A stretch of 64,000 bases of DNA, from the NCBI GenBank assembly GCA_963810095.1, contig CAWEMM010000007.1, positions 384,001-448,000 on the forward strand, read 5' to 3'. The translations under genes were made by a program, and so were the position numbers. This DNA comes from an uncultured Chloroflexia bacterium. GTDB lineage: Bacteria > Chloroflexota > Anaerolineae > CG2-30-64-16. Below, one piece after another: positions 49,869 to 59,762 of the stretch (positions within the stretch are counted from its first letter, which is position 1; each line of letters begins with the position of its first letter). The notes below the pieces were generated by a model. The model saw nothing but the letters and a program-made list of their open reading frames with translations, did no database searches and was not told where the DNA came from.

Positions 49869-51124
49869 CTAAAGCCCCAGGTAATGCGCGAGCTTCTTGC
49901 CGGTAAAGCGCGGCCGGTAGTAGTGGCCCACGGCCAGGCCTTGCCGGTACTCATCTTCTGTCAGCCCCAACGCTTCGGGCGTCGTTGCGCCCCCCAGCTT
50001 CTCCAGCCATCCGCGCACCTCGCCCGCGGGTGGCACCTGGGCGAACACTCGCGCAGGTCGTCCCAGCGCGCCACAATGCGGTCGCGGAGCGCCGCGTACT
50101 GCTCGTCCGACATGCCGAGGAAGGGCTGTTGGATCGCGATCACCTGGTCGGCCAAGGGGCCGTAGCCTGCGCGGATGACCGCCTCTTCTCCTGCTTGCTG
50201 CCACCGCCGTACCTTCAGCCGCGCCTCGACCTCCTGCTTCGAGAGGGAACGCAGGGACTCGTACACGCCCGCGCTCGCCAGCACCGCCACGCCGACCTTT
50301 GCCCCGTGGAACACCGAGTGGCGGCCCTCGCGCAGCAGCTTCATCTCCCAGAAGTGCGACACGTGGTGCTCGTAGCCCGATGCCGGCCGCGTCTCGCCAA
50401 AGTCGAGCATGCAGAAGCCGGATTCGATCAGCCCGGCGAGGAGGGCTTCGACGCCGTCGCACTCGGCCGCGGCCAACTCGTCCAGCTTTGCCACGCTGTC
50501 GAGCACGGCTTGCCGGGCGCGGCGGGCAATCTCGGCGTCGAACGGCTCGTCCCACACGAGGTGCCCGATCTCCCAATCCGCCACCGAGGTCAGCTTGGCG
50601 ATCAGGTCGCCGAAGCCCGCCGCGGTCAGCGCCCGGGGCGCGGCGCAAAGCGTCGGCAGGTGTGCGATGACCGCCAGCGGTCCCTGGCAGACCACGGTGA
50701 CCTTGGCGCCGTCCAGGATCATCGGCGCGCCGATGGAGGTGTAGCCATCCACCGATGCCGCGGTGGGCAGCGAGATGAAGTCGGAGTTCGAGCGGTGGCT
50801 TGTGAAGCGGGCGACGTCGGTGACGGTGCCCGACCCGACGGCGACGAAGGTGCGCGGGGCCTTGTCCAGCGCCATCAGCACCTGGTAGACCGACTGCGCG
50901 TCCGCGCCGATGTCGTCACCCTGCAGGATGGCCGTGCGAACGTCCAGCCCGGCCGCCACGAGCGCTTCTTCGGCCGCCCGCCCCAGGGCCTCGTAGGTGT
51001 TCGGGTCGGCCACGAGCGCGAGCGAGCGCAGTCCGCGCTCGGCGCAGAAAGCGGTCAGGTTGGCTAGTGCGTCGCCCCCAATGTAGACGGGCAGATGGGC
51101 GGGAGCGGTCGTGTCTTGATGCAT
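49869..51124 (-). CDS. sn-glycerol-1-phosphate dehydrogenase (AraM/EgsA family); frameshift near 50030
   Basis: AVGSGT..D.ARF, PTAASVDGYTS, AGFGDL..K.TS.ADW, RPASGYEHHVSHFWEM, HGAKVG, R.RFT. Confidence 0.87.
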
Positions 51125-51166
51125 TTCGGGCGCCTCCTGAGCAGATAGTGGCAGTGTAGCACCTTA

Positions 51167-51237
51167 TGAAATCGTTGCCAATTGTCGGCCCGTTTTGTGT
51201 CCTGAACTACACAACGGTGCGTCCCTTGCACTATAAT
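51167..51237. promoter_or_regulatory. Divergent promoter region with LacI-type operator TGAAATCGTTGCCA and TATAAT
   Basis: Imperfect TGNNANCGNTNNCA palindrome at 51167-51180 and TATAAT at 51232-51237 between the divergent operons. Confidence 0.45.
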
Positions 51238-51314
51238 TCCATTGTCTTCCGATCCGGCGCCCACCGCTGCGTGCCCCTCTTCCGTGTTTGCGGCTCAGAT
51301 AAGGAGTAAGGCGA

Positions 51315-52273
51315 ATGGCCCTGGCCCAGGAACGTCTCCTAGAGATTTACCGCATGATGCTGTTGATCCGCCGCTTCGAAGAGCGCGCGACGCAGTACTT
51401 TCTGAACGGCCAGATCCGCGGGTCGTTCCACCCCTGCATCGGCCAGGAGGCTACTGCGGTTGGCGCGGTCTTCGCACTGCGGCGCGACGACTATCTCCTC
51501 TGCACCTACCGCGGCCACGGTCACTCGCTGGCGAAGGGACTGGACCCTAAAGAGGCCATGGCCGAGTTGCTGGGCAAGCGCACGGGCTGCAGCAAGGGCA
51601 AAGGGTCCTCCATGCATTTCACCGATCCCCGCGTCGGGCTGCTGGGCGAGAACGCGATCGTCGGGGCGGGCGTTCCGATCGCGGCCGGCGCGGCCCTGCG
51701 GGCGCAGCTCGACCACACCGGCCAGGTCGCCATGACCGTCTTCGGCGACGGCGCGCTGAATCAGGGTTCGCTCCTCGAGGCCCTCAACCTCGCGGCGGTC
51801 TGGAAGCTCCCACTGGTGATCGTCTGCGAGAACAACCTCTACTCTGAAATGACTCCGATTCGCGACATGGTCGCACACGACCGGTTGCTCGACCGCGCGG
51901 CCGGGTTCGGCATCCCCGCGGTGGTTGCCGACGGATATGACCCGGTGGCGATGCTCGCAACGACGCAAGCCGCCGTCGACCGCGCCCGAGTGGCGCGGGC
52001 CCCCAGTTCATCGAGGCCATGACTTACCGGCTGGTTGGCCACATGGTGGGCGACTCTGAGCCGTACCGCACCAAGGAAGAGGTGGGTCAGTGGCGCGCAA
52101 AGGACCCCGTCGCCCGGTTCCCCGAGCGCCTGGTGGCCGAGTTCGGGGCGCCTGAGGCCGTCGTGGACCAGGTGAAGGAGTCCGTCGAAGCCGAGCTTGC
52201 CGAGATCACCCGCTTCGCCGAGGAGAGCCCTTGGCCTGAGCCGGAAGAAGCCTTCGAAGACGTGTGGGCATGA
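51315..52273 (+). CDS. TPP-dependent 2-oxoacid/acetoin dehydrogenase E1 alpha subunit; frameshift near 51990
   Basis: GQEA, YRGHGH, GSSMH, FGDGA..QG...EALN.A..WKLP....ENN TPP motif, TYR..GH..GD...YR. Confidence 0.9.
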
Positions 52274-52279
52274 AAGGCC

Positions 52280-52361
52280 GAATGGCACGCAGATCCGCCT
52301 GATTCGACATGATTCTTTACGAGACAAGATCAGGAAGATCAGTTCGATCAGCGGGCCGTTC
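52280..52361. repeat. Palindromic element, family A copy 3
   Basis: GAATGGCACGCAGAT ... AAGATCAGGAAGATCAGTTCGATCAGCGGGCCGTTC. Confidence 0.8.
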
Positions 52362-52375
52362 CGTTGGAGGACGCG

Positions 52376-53218
52376 ATGATTATCGACACGCACCAGCACT
52401 TGTGGGACCTGGACCGGGTGGCGTACCCCTGGCTGCTGCCCGAATTTGGGCCGATCGCGCGCACGTTCGTGCCTGCCGACCTCGAGCCGCAGTTGGCCGC
52501 CGCGGGCGTAACTCACACGGTCCTCGTCCAGTCGGCCAACAGCTACGCGGACACCGAGTACATGTTCGAGCAGGCGGCGCTGCACCCGTGGGTGACCGGG
52601 GTAGTCGGCTGGGCGCCGCTGCTCTATCCCGACGTCGCGGCCCGGGCCTTCGATCGTTTCGGCGCGAACCCCCTGTTTGCCGGCATCCGCCACCTCATCC
52701 ATAACGAGGCCGACCCGCACTGGCTGCTGCAGGACCGGGTGATCGAGAGCCTCAAGCTGCTGGCGGCCCGCGGGCTGACTTTCGACGTGGTCGCCACGCT
52801 GCACGAGCACCTGGCGTGCATTCCGATGCTGAGCGAACGCGTGCCGGGCCTGAAGATGGTCATCGACCACCTGGGCCAGCCGCCCATTTCGAGCGGGACG
52901 CTCGGCCAGTGGGGCGAGGATGTGCGGGCGGCTGCGCAGAACCCGAACGTATACGCCAAGATTTCCGGGCTGGGCACGGCCAGCGGCCTGCCCGACACCT
53001 GGAGCGCCGGCGACATTCGCCCCTACCTCGACTTCGTGCTCGAAGTTTTCGGGCCCGAGCGCTGCATGACCGGCGGCGACTGGCCCGTCTGCGTGCTGGC
53101 CGGCGGGTATGAAAAGGCGTGGCGCACCTACCGGGAGGCATACGCAGCTTACGGCGCGGATGTCCAGGACCAACTCTTGTACAAAACCGCCATCGCATTT
53201 TACGGACTGAAGAGATAA
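52376..53218 (+). CDS. Amidohydrolase_2, sugar lactonase-like (L-fuconolactonase family)
   Basis: IIDTHQHLW, GIRH, VIDHLGQP, AKISGL, FGP.R.M.GGDWPVC. Confidence 0.85.
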   Translation: MIIDTHQHLWDLDRVAYPWLLPEFGPIARTFVPADLEPQLAAAGVTHTVLVQSANSYADTEYMFEQAALHPWVTGVVGWAPLLYPDVAARAFDRFGANPLFAGIRHLIHNEADPHWLLQDRVIESLKLLAARGLTFDVVATLHEHLACIPMLSERVPGLKMVIDHLGQPPISSGTLGQWGEDVRAAAQNPNVYAKISGLGTASGLPDTWSAGDIRPYLDFVLEVFGPERCMTGGDWPVCVLAGGYEKAWRTYREAYAAYGADVQDQLLYKTAIAFYGLKR

Positions 53219-53285
53219 CAGAAAGCACCGAAGAACAGAAGGCGCGAAAGGCTTTGCGAATCTTTGGTTCTTCGATTCTTCCTGT
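53218..53285. repeat. Palindromic element, family D
   Basis: ACAGAAAGCACCGAAGAACAGAAG ... CTTTGGTTCTTCGATTCTTCCTGT starting at the upstream stop codon. Confidence 0.7.
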
Positions 53286-53312
53286 GCCATCAGAGTCTCG
53301 GGAAGGTCTTAC

Positions 53313-54300
53313 ATGCGGGAATTGACGTACAGCCAGGCGCTCCGCGAGGCGCTCGCCGAGGAAATGGCGCGCGACCCCAACATCATCCTCCTGGGTGAGG
53401 ACATCGGCGTCTACGGCGGCGTGTTCAAGGTGACCGAAGGCCTGCTGGCGAAGTTCGGCCCGGAGCGCGTGCGCGAAACGCCCATCAGCGAGTCCGCGTT
53501 CGTCGGCGCGGGCGTGGGCCTCGCCATGACGGGCAAGCGCCCCGTCGCCGAGCTGATGTTCATGGACTTCATGTGGGTCACGTCCGACCAGATCATCAAC
53601 CAGGCGGCCAAGATGCGCTACATGACCGGCGGCCGCGTCAAGATGCCCCTGGTCATTCGCACGCAGCAGGGCGGCGGACGAGGCAACGGCGCGCAGCACT
53701 CGCAGAGCCTCGAGGCCGTCTTTGCGGCCACCCCCGGCTTGCAGGTCGTCTTGCCCAGCACCCCCGCCGACGCCAAGGGCCTGCTCAAGACGGCGCTGCG
53801 CCAGGATAACCCCGTCATCTTCATCGAGCACAAGCTGCTTTACAACACGAAGGGCCCCGTGCCGGAGGAGGACTACGCGATCCCGTTCGGCAGGGCGGAG
53901 GTCAGGGCCGAGGGCAGCGATGTCACGCTCGTGAGCTACTCTCGCACGGTGCTCCACGCGCTCGAAGCTGCCGAGGAAGCGCGGGCGCGAAGGCGTTTCG
54001 GTGGAGGTTATCGACCTGCGCACGATTGCGCCGCTCGACCTGGACGCGATCATCAGGTCGGTGAAGAAGACGGGCCGCCTCGTCGTCGCACACGAGGCGC
54101 ACCGGTCAGCCGGCTTCGGGGCCGAGATTGCCTCGCTCGTGCAGGAGCAGGCGTTCGACTACCTGGACGCACCCGTGCTGCGCGTCGGCGCGGCTCACGT
54201 CCCCATCCCGGCCTCCAAGCCGCTCGAGGACGTAGTGCTGCCGGGAAAAGCCCAGATCCTGGAAGCGATCCGGACGATTTGCTTGAGTCGGTTTAGCTGA
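53313..54300 (+). CDS. TPP-dependent dehydrogenase E1 beta subunit; frameshift near 53980
   Basis: GEDIG.YGG.F, TPISE, QHSQS.E, PVIFIEHK, EVIDLRT..PLD, SVKKTGR, LDAP..RV. Confidence 0.9.
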
Positions 54301-54369
54301 CCACAAAGTCACAGGATCTCAAAGGTCCACAAAGGTCTTGTTGATCCTGCGTCCTGTTGTCTTCGTGGT
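54300..54369. repeat. Palindromic element, family B copy 3 (degenerate)
   Basis: ACCACAAAGTCACAGGA ... TCCTGTTGTCTTCGTGGT starting at the E1 beta stop codon. Confidence 0.7.
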
Positions 54370-54380
54370 GAAGGGTGAGC

Positions 54381-55483
54381 ATGTCGGATGATCTGCTGGA
54401 CCTGGACTACAAGCCGCATCTGCCGCCGAAGACCGACTACGGCATCGGCATCATCGGCTGCGGCGGCATCGTCAACTACGCGGCCCTGCCCACATACCGG
54501 AAGCACGGGCTGAATATCGTCGGATGCTATGATGTTCGCCCCGAGGCAGCCGAGAAGACGGCGGCCGAGTTCGGCATCCCGAAAGTCTATCGTACGCTGG
54601 AGGAGGCGCTGGCCGACCCGGCCATGGAGATTGCGGAGATTTCGGTACCTCCCTGGGTTCAGCTCGACATCGTGTGCCAGGCCATCGACGCGGGCAAGCA
54701 CCTGCTGTGCCAGAAGCCCCTGTCGGACACCCTGTCGCATGCGGCCGAGATCGTCCGGGTGGCGCGCGACAAGGGCGTTAAGCTGGCGGTCAACCAGCAG
54801 CTGCGCTGGGGGCAGGGGCTGCGCGCCGCCGCACCCTCATCCGGAAAGGGTGGATCGGGCGGCCGACGGATGCGTCGATCCAGGTGAGCGTCAACACGCC
54901 CTGGGACATGTGGCCGTGGCTTGCCGCGCAGCCCCGGCTCGAGATCCTCTTCCACTCGATCCACTACCTCGACGCCATCCGCTCGCTGTTCGGCGACCCC
55001 GAGCACATCACCTCCCGCCACACCCGTTACCCCCTCCAGGGCGTGGTCAAGGGGGAGACCAAGACGATCACGATTCTGGATTACGCCGACGATATGCAGG
55101 CAATGGTGGCCGACAACCATTACAACCTGAGCGACGACTACTTCGCCGTCTTCCGGTTTATCGGCACCGAGGGGGTCATCACCGGCACGCTCGGCGCGAT
55201 GTACAACTATCCGGACGGACAGCCCGACACCCTCGCCTGGAGCAGTAAGCGCCACTATCCCGATAAGCGCTTCGAAGCGAAGCTCGAGGGCAAGTGGATT
55301 CCCGACTCGTTCATCGGGCCGACCGCCTCGTTGATGCAGGCGATCCAGGAGGACGGCGTGCCCGAGACGGACGGCTACGATAACCTGCAGACGCTGCGGG
55401 TAGTCGAGGCGTGTTATCTGTCGGCAGCCGAGAACCGCACGGTCTACATCGGGGAATGCGAAGCCATTCCATGCCGGGATTAG
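54381..55483 (+). CDS. Gfo/Idh/MocA family oxidoreductase; frameshift near 54830
   Basis: GIIGCGGI, HLLCQKPL, VNQQLRW, HSIHYLD. Confidence 0.88.
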
Positions 55484-55576
55484 GAATGGGACGCAGATTG
55501 AAGTGATTGAACTGATCTGCATGGTCTCCGCAAGATCAGGTAAATCAGTCCGATCAGTTCAATCAGCGTTCTATTC
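55484..55576. repeat. Palindromic element, family A copy 4
   Basis: GAATGGGACGCAGATTGAAGTGATTGAACTGAT ... ATCAGTCCGATCAGTTCAATCAGCGTTCTATTC, starting immediately after a stop codon. Confidence 0.88.
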
Positions 55577-55588
55577 AGGAGACACTTT

Positions 55589-56465
55589 ATGCAGAGATTC
55601 ACTGGGAAGGTCGCGATTGTTACCGGCTCGGGGCAGGGGATCGGCAAGGGGATCGCGGCCCGGCTCGCGGGAGGGCGCGCATGTCGTGATCGCCGAGTAT
55701 TCCGCCGAGACCGCTGCCGCAGCGGCGGCGGAGATTCGGGCGGCGGGCGCCGAGGCGACCGACTACCGCATCGACATCTCGGACGTCGAGGCAGTCGCCG
55801 CGATGGTGGCCGCGCTTGCGGAACGCCTCGGGCACGTCGACATCCTCGTAAACAATGCGGGGCTCGCACAGACCAAGCCGATGATGGAGCTAACGCCCGG
55901 CGATTGGGACCCCATCCTCGCCGTGAACCTGCGCGGCACCTTCTTTCTCATTCAAGCGGTTGCCCGGCAGATGATCGCCCAGGCGCCCGCTGCACTGCGC
56001 GAGGCGGGGGCCGCGCCCGCAGACATCTTTGCGACGAAGAAGAGCGATGCCCCGAGCCTCGACACGCCGGCGCTCGCCGGCAGCTACGGCAAGATCGTCA
56101 ACCTCTCGTCGGTGGCGGGCCGGCGCGGACGGCCCCTGCAAACGCACTACGCCGCGTCAAAGGCGGGCATCATCAGCCTGACCCAGTCCGCCGCGCTCAC
56201 GCTCGCGCCGTACCGGATCAACGTCAATGCCGTCTGCCCGGGCATCGTACCCACGCCCATGTGGCAGCGCATCGACGAAGAGCGTGGCAAGCTGTTTGGT
56301 GCGAAGCCGGGCGAGGCGATGGCGGCGTTCATCAACACGGTGCCGCTCAAACGGCCCGCCACCGCCGAAGACATCGCGGGCGCAGTCGCCTTCTTCTGTT
56401 CGTCGGATGCGGACTACATCACCGGGCAGGCGCTGAACGTCGACGGCGGCTTTGAGATGGATTAG
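55589..56465 (+). CDS. Short-chain dehydrogenase/reductase with about 30-aa insert; frameshift near 55670
   Basis: TGSGQGIG, NNAG, YAASK, NAVCPG, ITGQALNVDGG. Confidence 0.88.
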
Positions 56466-56533
56466 GGTGCGTGCACCTTCGCGTTCCAACTTGCTTCGTG
56501 ATATGCTTCTCTGCCAACAGGAGGACGAATTCG

Positions 56534-56980
56534 ATGAACACACCCCAACAGGAACTCCCGCTCGAAGCGACCATCTCCAGCCTGGAGCGCAAGTGGGCGG
56601 CCGCTTTCGCACGGAAAGACATCGCTGCACTGCAAGAGATGATGGCCGACGGTTACTCCCTGGTCATCGCGGTCGAAGGCCTGCCCCTGCAGGTGGTGGG
56701 CCGCGACGCGTGGTTGGAGGCGCTCGAGCATTACGAGGTGCAGGAAGCGTCGGTCGACCACATCCACGTTCGCATTTATGACTGCGTCGCGGTCGCGCTC
56801 ATGCTGTGGCGCCAGAAGGCCACGCTGGAGGGCGCAGACCGGTCGGCCGTCTTCATGCTGACCGATATCTGGGTGGACGTCGGCGGCGAGTGGAAGCTGG
56901 CGGAACGCCACTCCTCGCGGCCCGAACACCCCGGCGCGGCGCGGCCGCGTACCGCCCCGCTCGAATGCGACGTGTGCTAG
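56534..56980 (+). CDS. NTF2-like / DUF4440 protein
   Basis: LE..W..A....D...L...MAD, VRIY..VAV, TD.WV..GGEWKL..RHSS. Confidence 0.75.
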   Translation: MNTPQQELPLEATISSLERKWAAAFARKDIAALQEMMADGYSLVIAVEGLPLQVVGRDAWLEALEHYEVQEASVDHIHVRIYDCVAVALMLWRQKATLEGADRSAVFMLTDIWVDVGGEWKLAERHSSRPEHPGAARPRTAPLECDVC

Positions 56981-56993
56981 AGGTAAGGACGAC

Positions 56994-58043
56994 ATGCTCA
57001 CCTACCAACCCGGCGAACTCCCCCTGATCCCGACACAGGTTATCGGCTCATCCGGCGTCCCCGGGTGGATGTGGGTTGTCCGCGACGCCGTCGCGGCCGG
57101 CAAGATGGGCCCGTACGATATCGACGAGGCGTTGAAGGACGCGGTGCGACTGGCGGTGCTCGAGATGGAGCAGGCCGGCGTCGACATCATCTCGGACGGC
57201 GAACTGCAGCGGGCCGACTTCACGTGGCACTTCCACGGCAAGGTGAAGGGCCTGCAGCCGGTCGAGTACGCCCGCAAGCTAGGGTACCCCGGCCCCGACC
57301 AGCTCGACGCGTTCCTGGTCGTCGAGCCGCTGACCGTGCCCGAGGGTTACGGCCACGCGGAGGAGTTCCGCTACGCCCGCACCCTCACGGATCGCCCGCT
57401 GATCTCCCCCATCCAGAGCCCGCTTACCCAGGCCTTCCGGATCAATCCGGGCAGCGTGTACAAGTCCAAGAGCGAGGTCGCCTGGGCGCTCGTCCCATTC
57501 ATCAACCAGGAGCTCAAGGACGTGGTGGCGGCGGGCTGCAAGCACATCCAGTTCGACGAACCGGCGTATTGGATCGCGGACGGCGGCCCCGAGGAGATGG
57601 TCGAGATCTTCAACGCGTGCGTCGAGGGCGTCGAAGCGACCATCGGGTTCCACCTGTGCTTCGGCAACTTCCGCGGCCGGCCCGCCACCTCGCATCGCTC
57701 CTTCGCAGCGTTTGCGCCCTGCTTCAAGGACCTTAACGTCGACGTGATCCACATCGAGTTCGCCAACCGCAACATGTACGAGGTCGAGCTGTGGGAGAAG
57801 TACGGCGGCGACAAGATCCTCTGTGCCGGCGTGATCGACGTCAAGGGTCGCAGCCTGGAGCCCGTCGAAGTCGTTGCGGACCGCATCCGGGCGTGCCTGC
57901 GCCACTGCGGAGCCGATAAGCTCTGGGTCGCGCCCGACTGCGGCTTCTCGCAGACACCCCGTGCCCTGGCGGTCGACAAGATGCGGGTGATGGTCGAAGC
58001 CGCGCGGTTGGTGAGAGAGGAAATAGGACGCGGATCGAACTGA
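56994..58043 (+). CDS. Cobalamin-independent methionine synthase II (MetE C-terminal domain only) family protein
   Basis: GVDIISDGE..R, IQFDEP, HLCFGN zinc ligands, GVIDVK, APDCGF. Confidence 0.85.
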   Translation: MLTYQPGELPLIPTQVIGSSGVPGWMWVVRDAVAAGKMGPYDIDEALKDAVRLAVLEMEQAGVDIISDGELQRADFTWHFHGKVKGLQPVEYARKLGYPGPDQLDAFLVVEPLTVPEGYGHAEEFRYARTLTDRPLISPIQSPLTQAFRINPGSVYKSKSEVAWALVPFINQELKDVVAAGCKHIQFDEPAYWIADGGPEEMVEIFNACVEGVEATIGFHLCFGNFRGRPATSHRSFAAFAPCFKDLNVDVIHIEFANRNMYEVELWEKYGGDKILCAGVIDVKGRSLEPVEVVADRIRACLRHCGADKLWVAPDCGFSQTPRALAVDKMRVMVEAARLVREEIGRGSN

Positions 58044-58115
58044 TCGGACTGATTTGCCAGATCTCTCGACAAGATCATGAAAATCAGTTCGATCAGTCTG
58101 ATCAGTGTCCCATTC
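58021..58115. repeat. Palindromic element, family A copy 5 (supplies the stop codon of the MetE-like gene)
   Basis: AAATAGGACGCGGATCGAACTGATCGGACTGATTT ... AAATCAGTTCGATCAGTCTGATCAGTGTCCCATTC. Confidence 0.88.
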
Positions 58116-58134
58116 CTGTTCGAGGAGTACGGGC

Positions 58135-59167
58135 GTGCTGAAGCTGGAGTACAGTCCTGTTCTTGGCCGGGTGATCCGGCTGGACGACCTGGACACCCTG
58201 GGCGTCTCTACCCAGACGCTGGCGGAGGAGGCACTCGCGGCGGAGCAGTGGGATGAGGCCGCGGCGCTCGTCGATTACTTCTATGACGAGATGCTCCGCA
58301 TGCACGGCATCCTCACCACCTGGATCAAGGATATCCTGCGCTACACGGTCGCCCGGGTGAGTGGGGTGCATGGGGGCGCGCCGGATGAGGCGGCTCGCGG
58401 CGGCATCGGCCGGCATGACCCGCATGTTGGAGACGTACCCGCTTGGCCTTGCGCCCCGCCACCAGTGCCAGGCCGCGATCTTGCAGCGCGACCCCCAGGC
58501 GGCCGCCGGCTGGCTCGACAAGATGCGGCTCGAGTTCAAGAATCCGCACGAGATGCTGGTGGCTTGGGTGCAGGACCTGCTGGCCTACATCGCGAAGACC
58601 TGGGGCGAGGATGCCGTCCTTGAGTCAATCCTCGAAACGCATCAGAGCATCTGGGGCGACCGGTACGCGGCCTGGAATCAGATGACCCCCCACGAGAAGC
58701 TGGCGCTGACCGTCGAGGGGATGCGCGGCGGGCACTTCTCGGGCGCGCGGCGCCGCGGCGACATGCTGCTGCGCGACGAGGGCGACCGGCTGGTCATGGC
58801 GATGGACCCGTGCGGCTCGGGGGGCGTGCTCCGCCGCGGCGACCCGGAAACGGGCCGCGAGGCGTACCCCATCACGGCGGACGGGGTGAACCAGGAGCCG
58901 CACCTGTGGACGTGGCGCAAGACGGGCGTCCACTGGTACTGCAGCCACTGCGCGATCTCCATGGAGTGGCTGCCGGGCCGCCGCCGGGGACACCCTCTGC
59001 GGCCGCTCGACCACGTGATGGACCCGCAGGCCCCTTGCACCTGGTACGTGTACAAGGACGAGGGGCAGACTCGGGCCTACCACTACCCCCGCACCGGGCT
59101 CGACACCCCGCCGGGCGCCCCCGATCGCGGCGAGGACTGGCGCGCCGAGTACCCGGGCGGGAGTTGA
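58135..59167 (+). CDS. Hypothetical Cys/His-motif protein with internal duplication; frameshift near 58370-58385
   Basis: GAGGAG RBS and GTG start; two similar helical segments, then DPCGSGG, YCSHC and PCTW motifs. Confidence 0.7.
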
Positions 59168-59176
59168 GAGAGACGG

Positions 59177-59762
59177 ATGCCAAAACTGGAATACACCTTC
59201 CTCGATTCGCAGGACCTCTACCGCGGCGACCGGATGGCGCTGCGCGGCGAGACTTATCGCCTGCCCGACGGCCGCACCTACGGCCCGTACCGCGTCCTCG
59301 ATTATCCGGACTGGGTCAACGCGCTGGCCATCACCCGCGAGGGCCAGGTCGTCCTTGTGCGCCAGTTTCGACCCGGGCCCGAAGAAGATCACGCTCGAGC
59401 TGCCCGGCGGCGCGGTCGAGCCGGGCGAAGAATCGCTCGATGCGGCCATGCGCCGCGAGCTGGAGGAGGAAACCGGTTACGGCGGCGGCGAGATCACCTA
59501 CCTTGCCAGCTTTTCGCCCAACTCCGCCAGCCACACGAACCGCGTCCACAGTTTCCTTGCCACAGGTGTCGAGCGCATCGGGGATCTCCGGCCCGACGAC
59601 ACCGAGTTTCTGGAGGTCGTGCTCATGCCGCTGCAGGAAGCGTTCGAGGCGGCGGTGACGGGCGGGCTGGACCAGGCGATGCACGTCGCGACGTTGCTCC
59701 TGGCCCTCGCCAAGCTCGCCCCGCCCGGTTTGACTGACCTCCGAGGGCCCGTAGGGCCATGA
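59177..59762 (+). CDS. NUDIX hydrolase (ADP-ribose pyrophosphatase-like); frameshift near 59378
   Basis: DWVN.LAIT..G.VVLVRQFR then ELPGG.VEPGE....A.RRELEEETGY. Confidence 0.85.
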
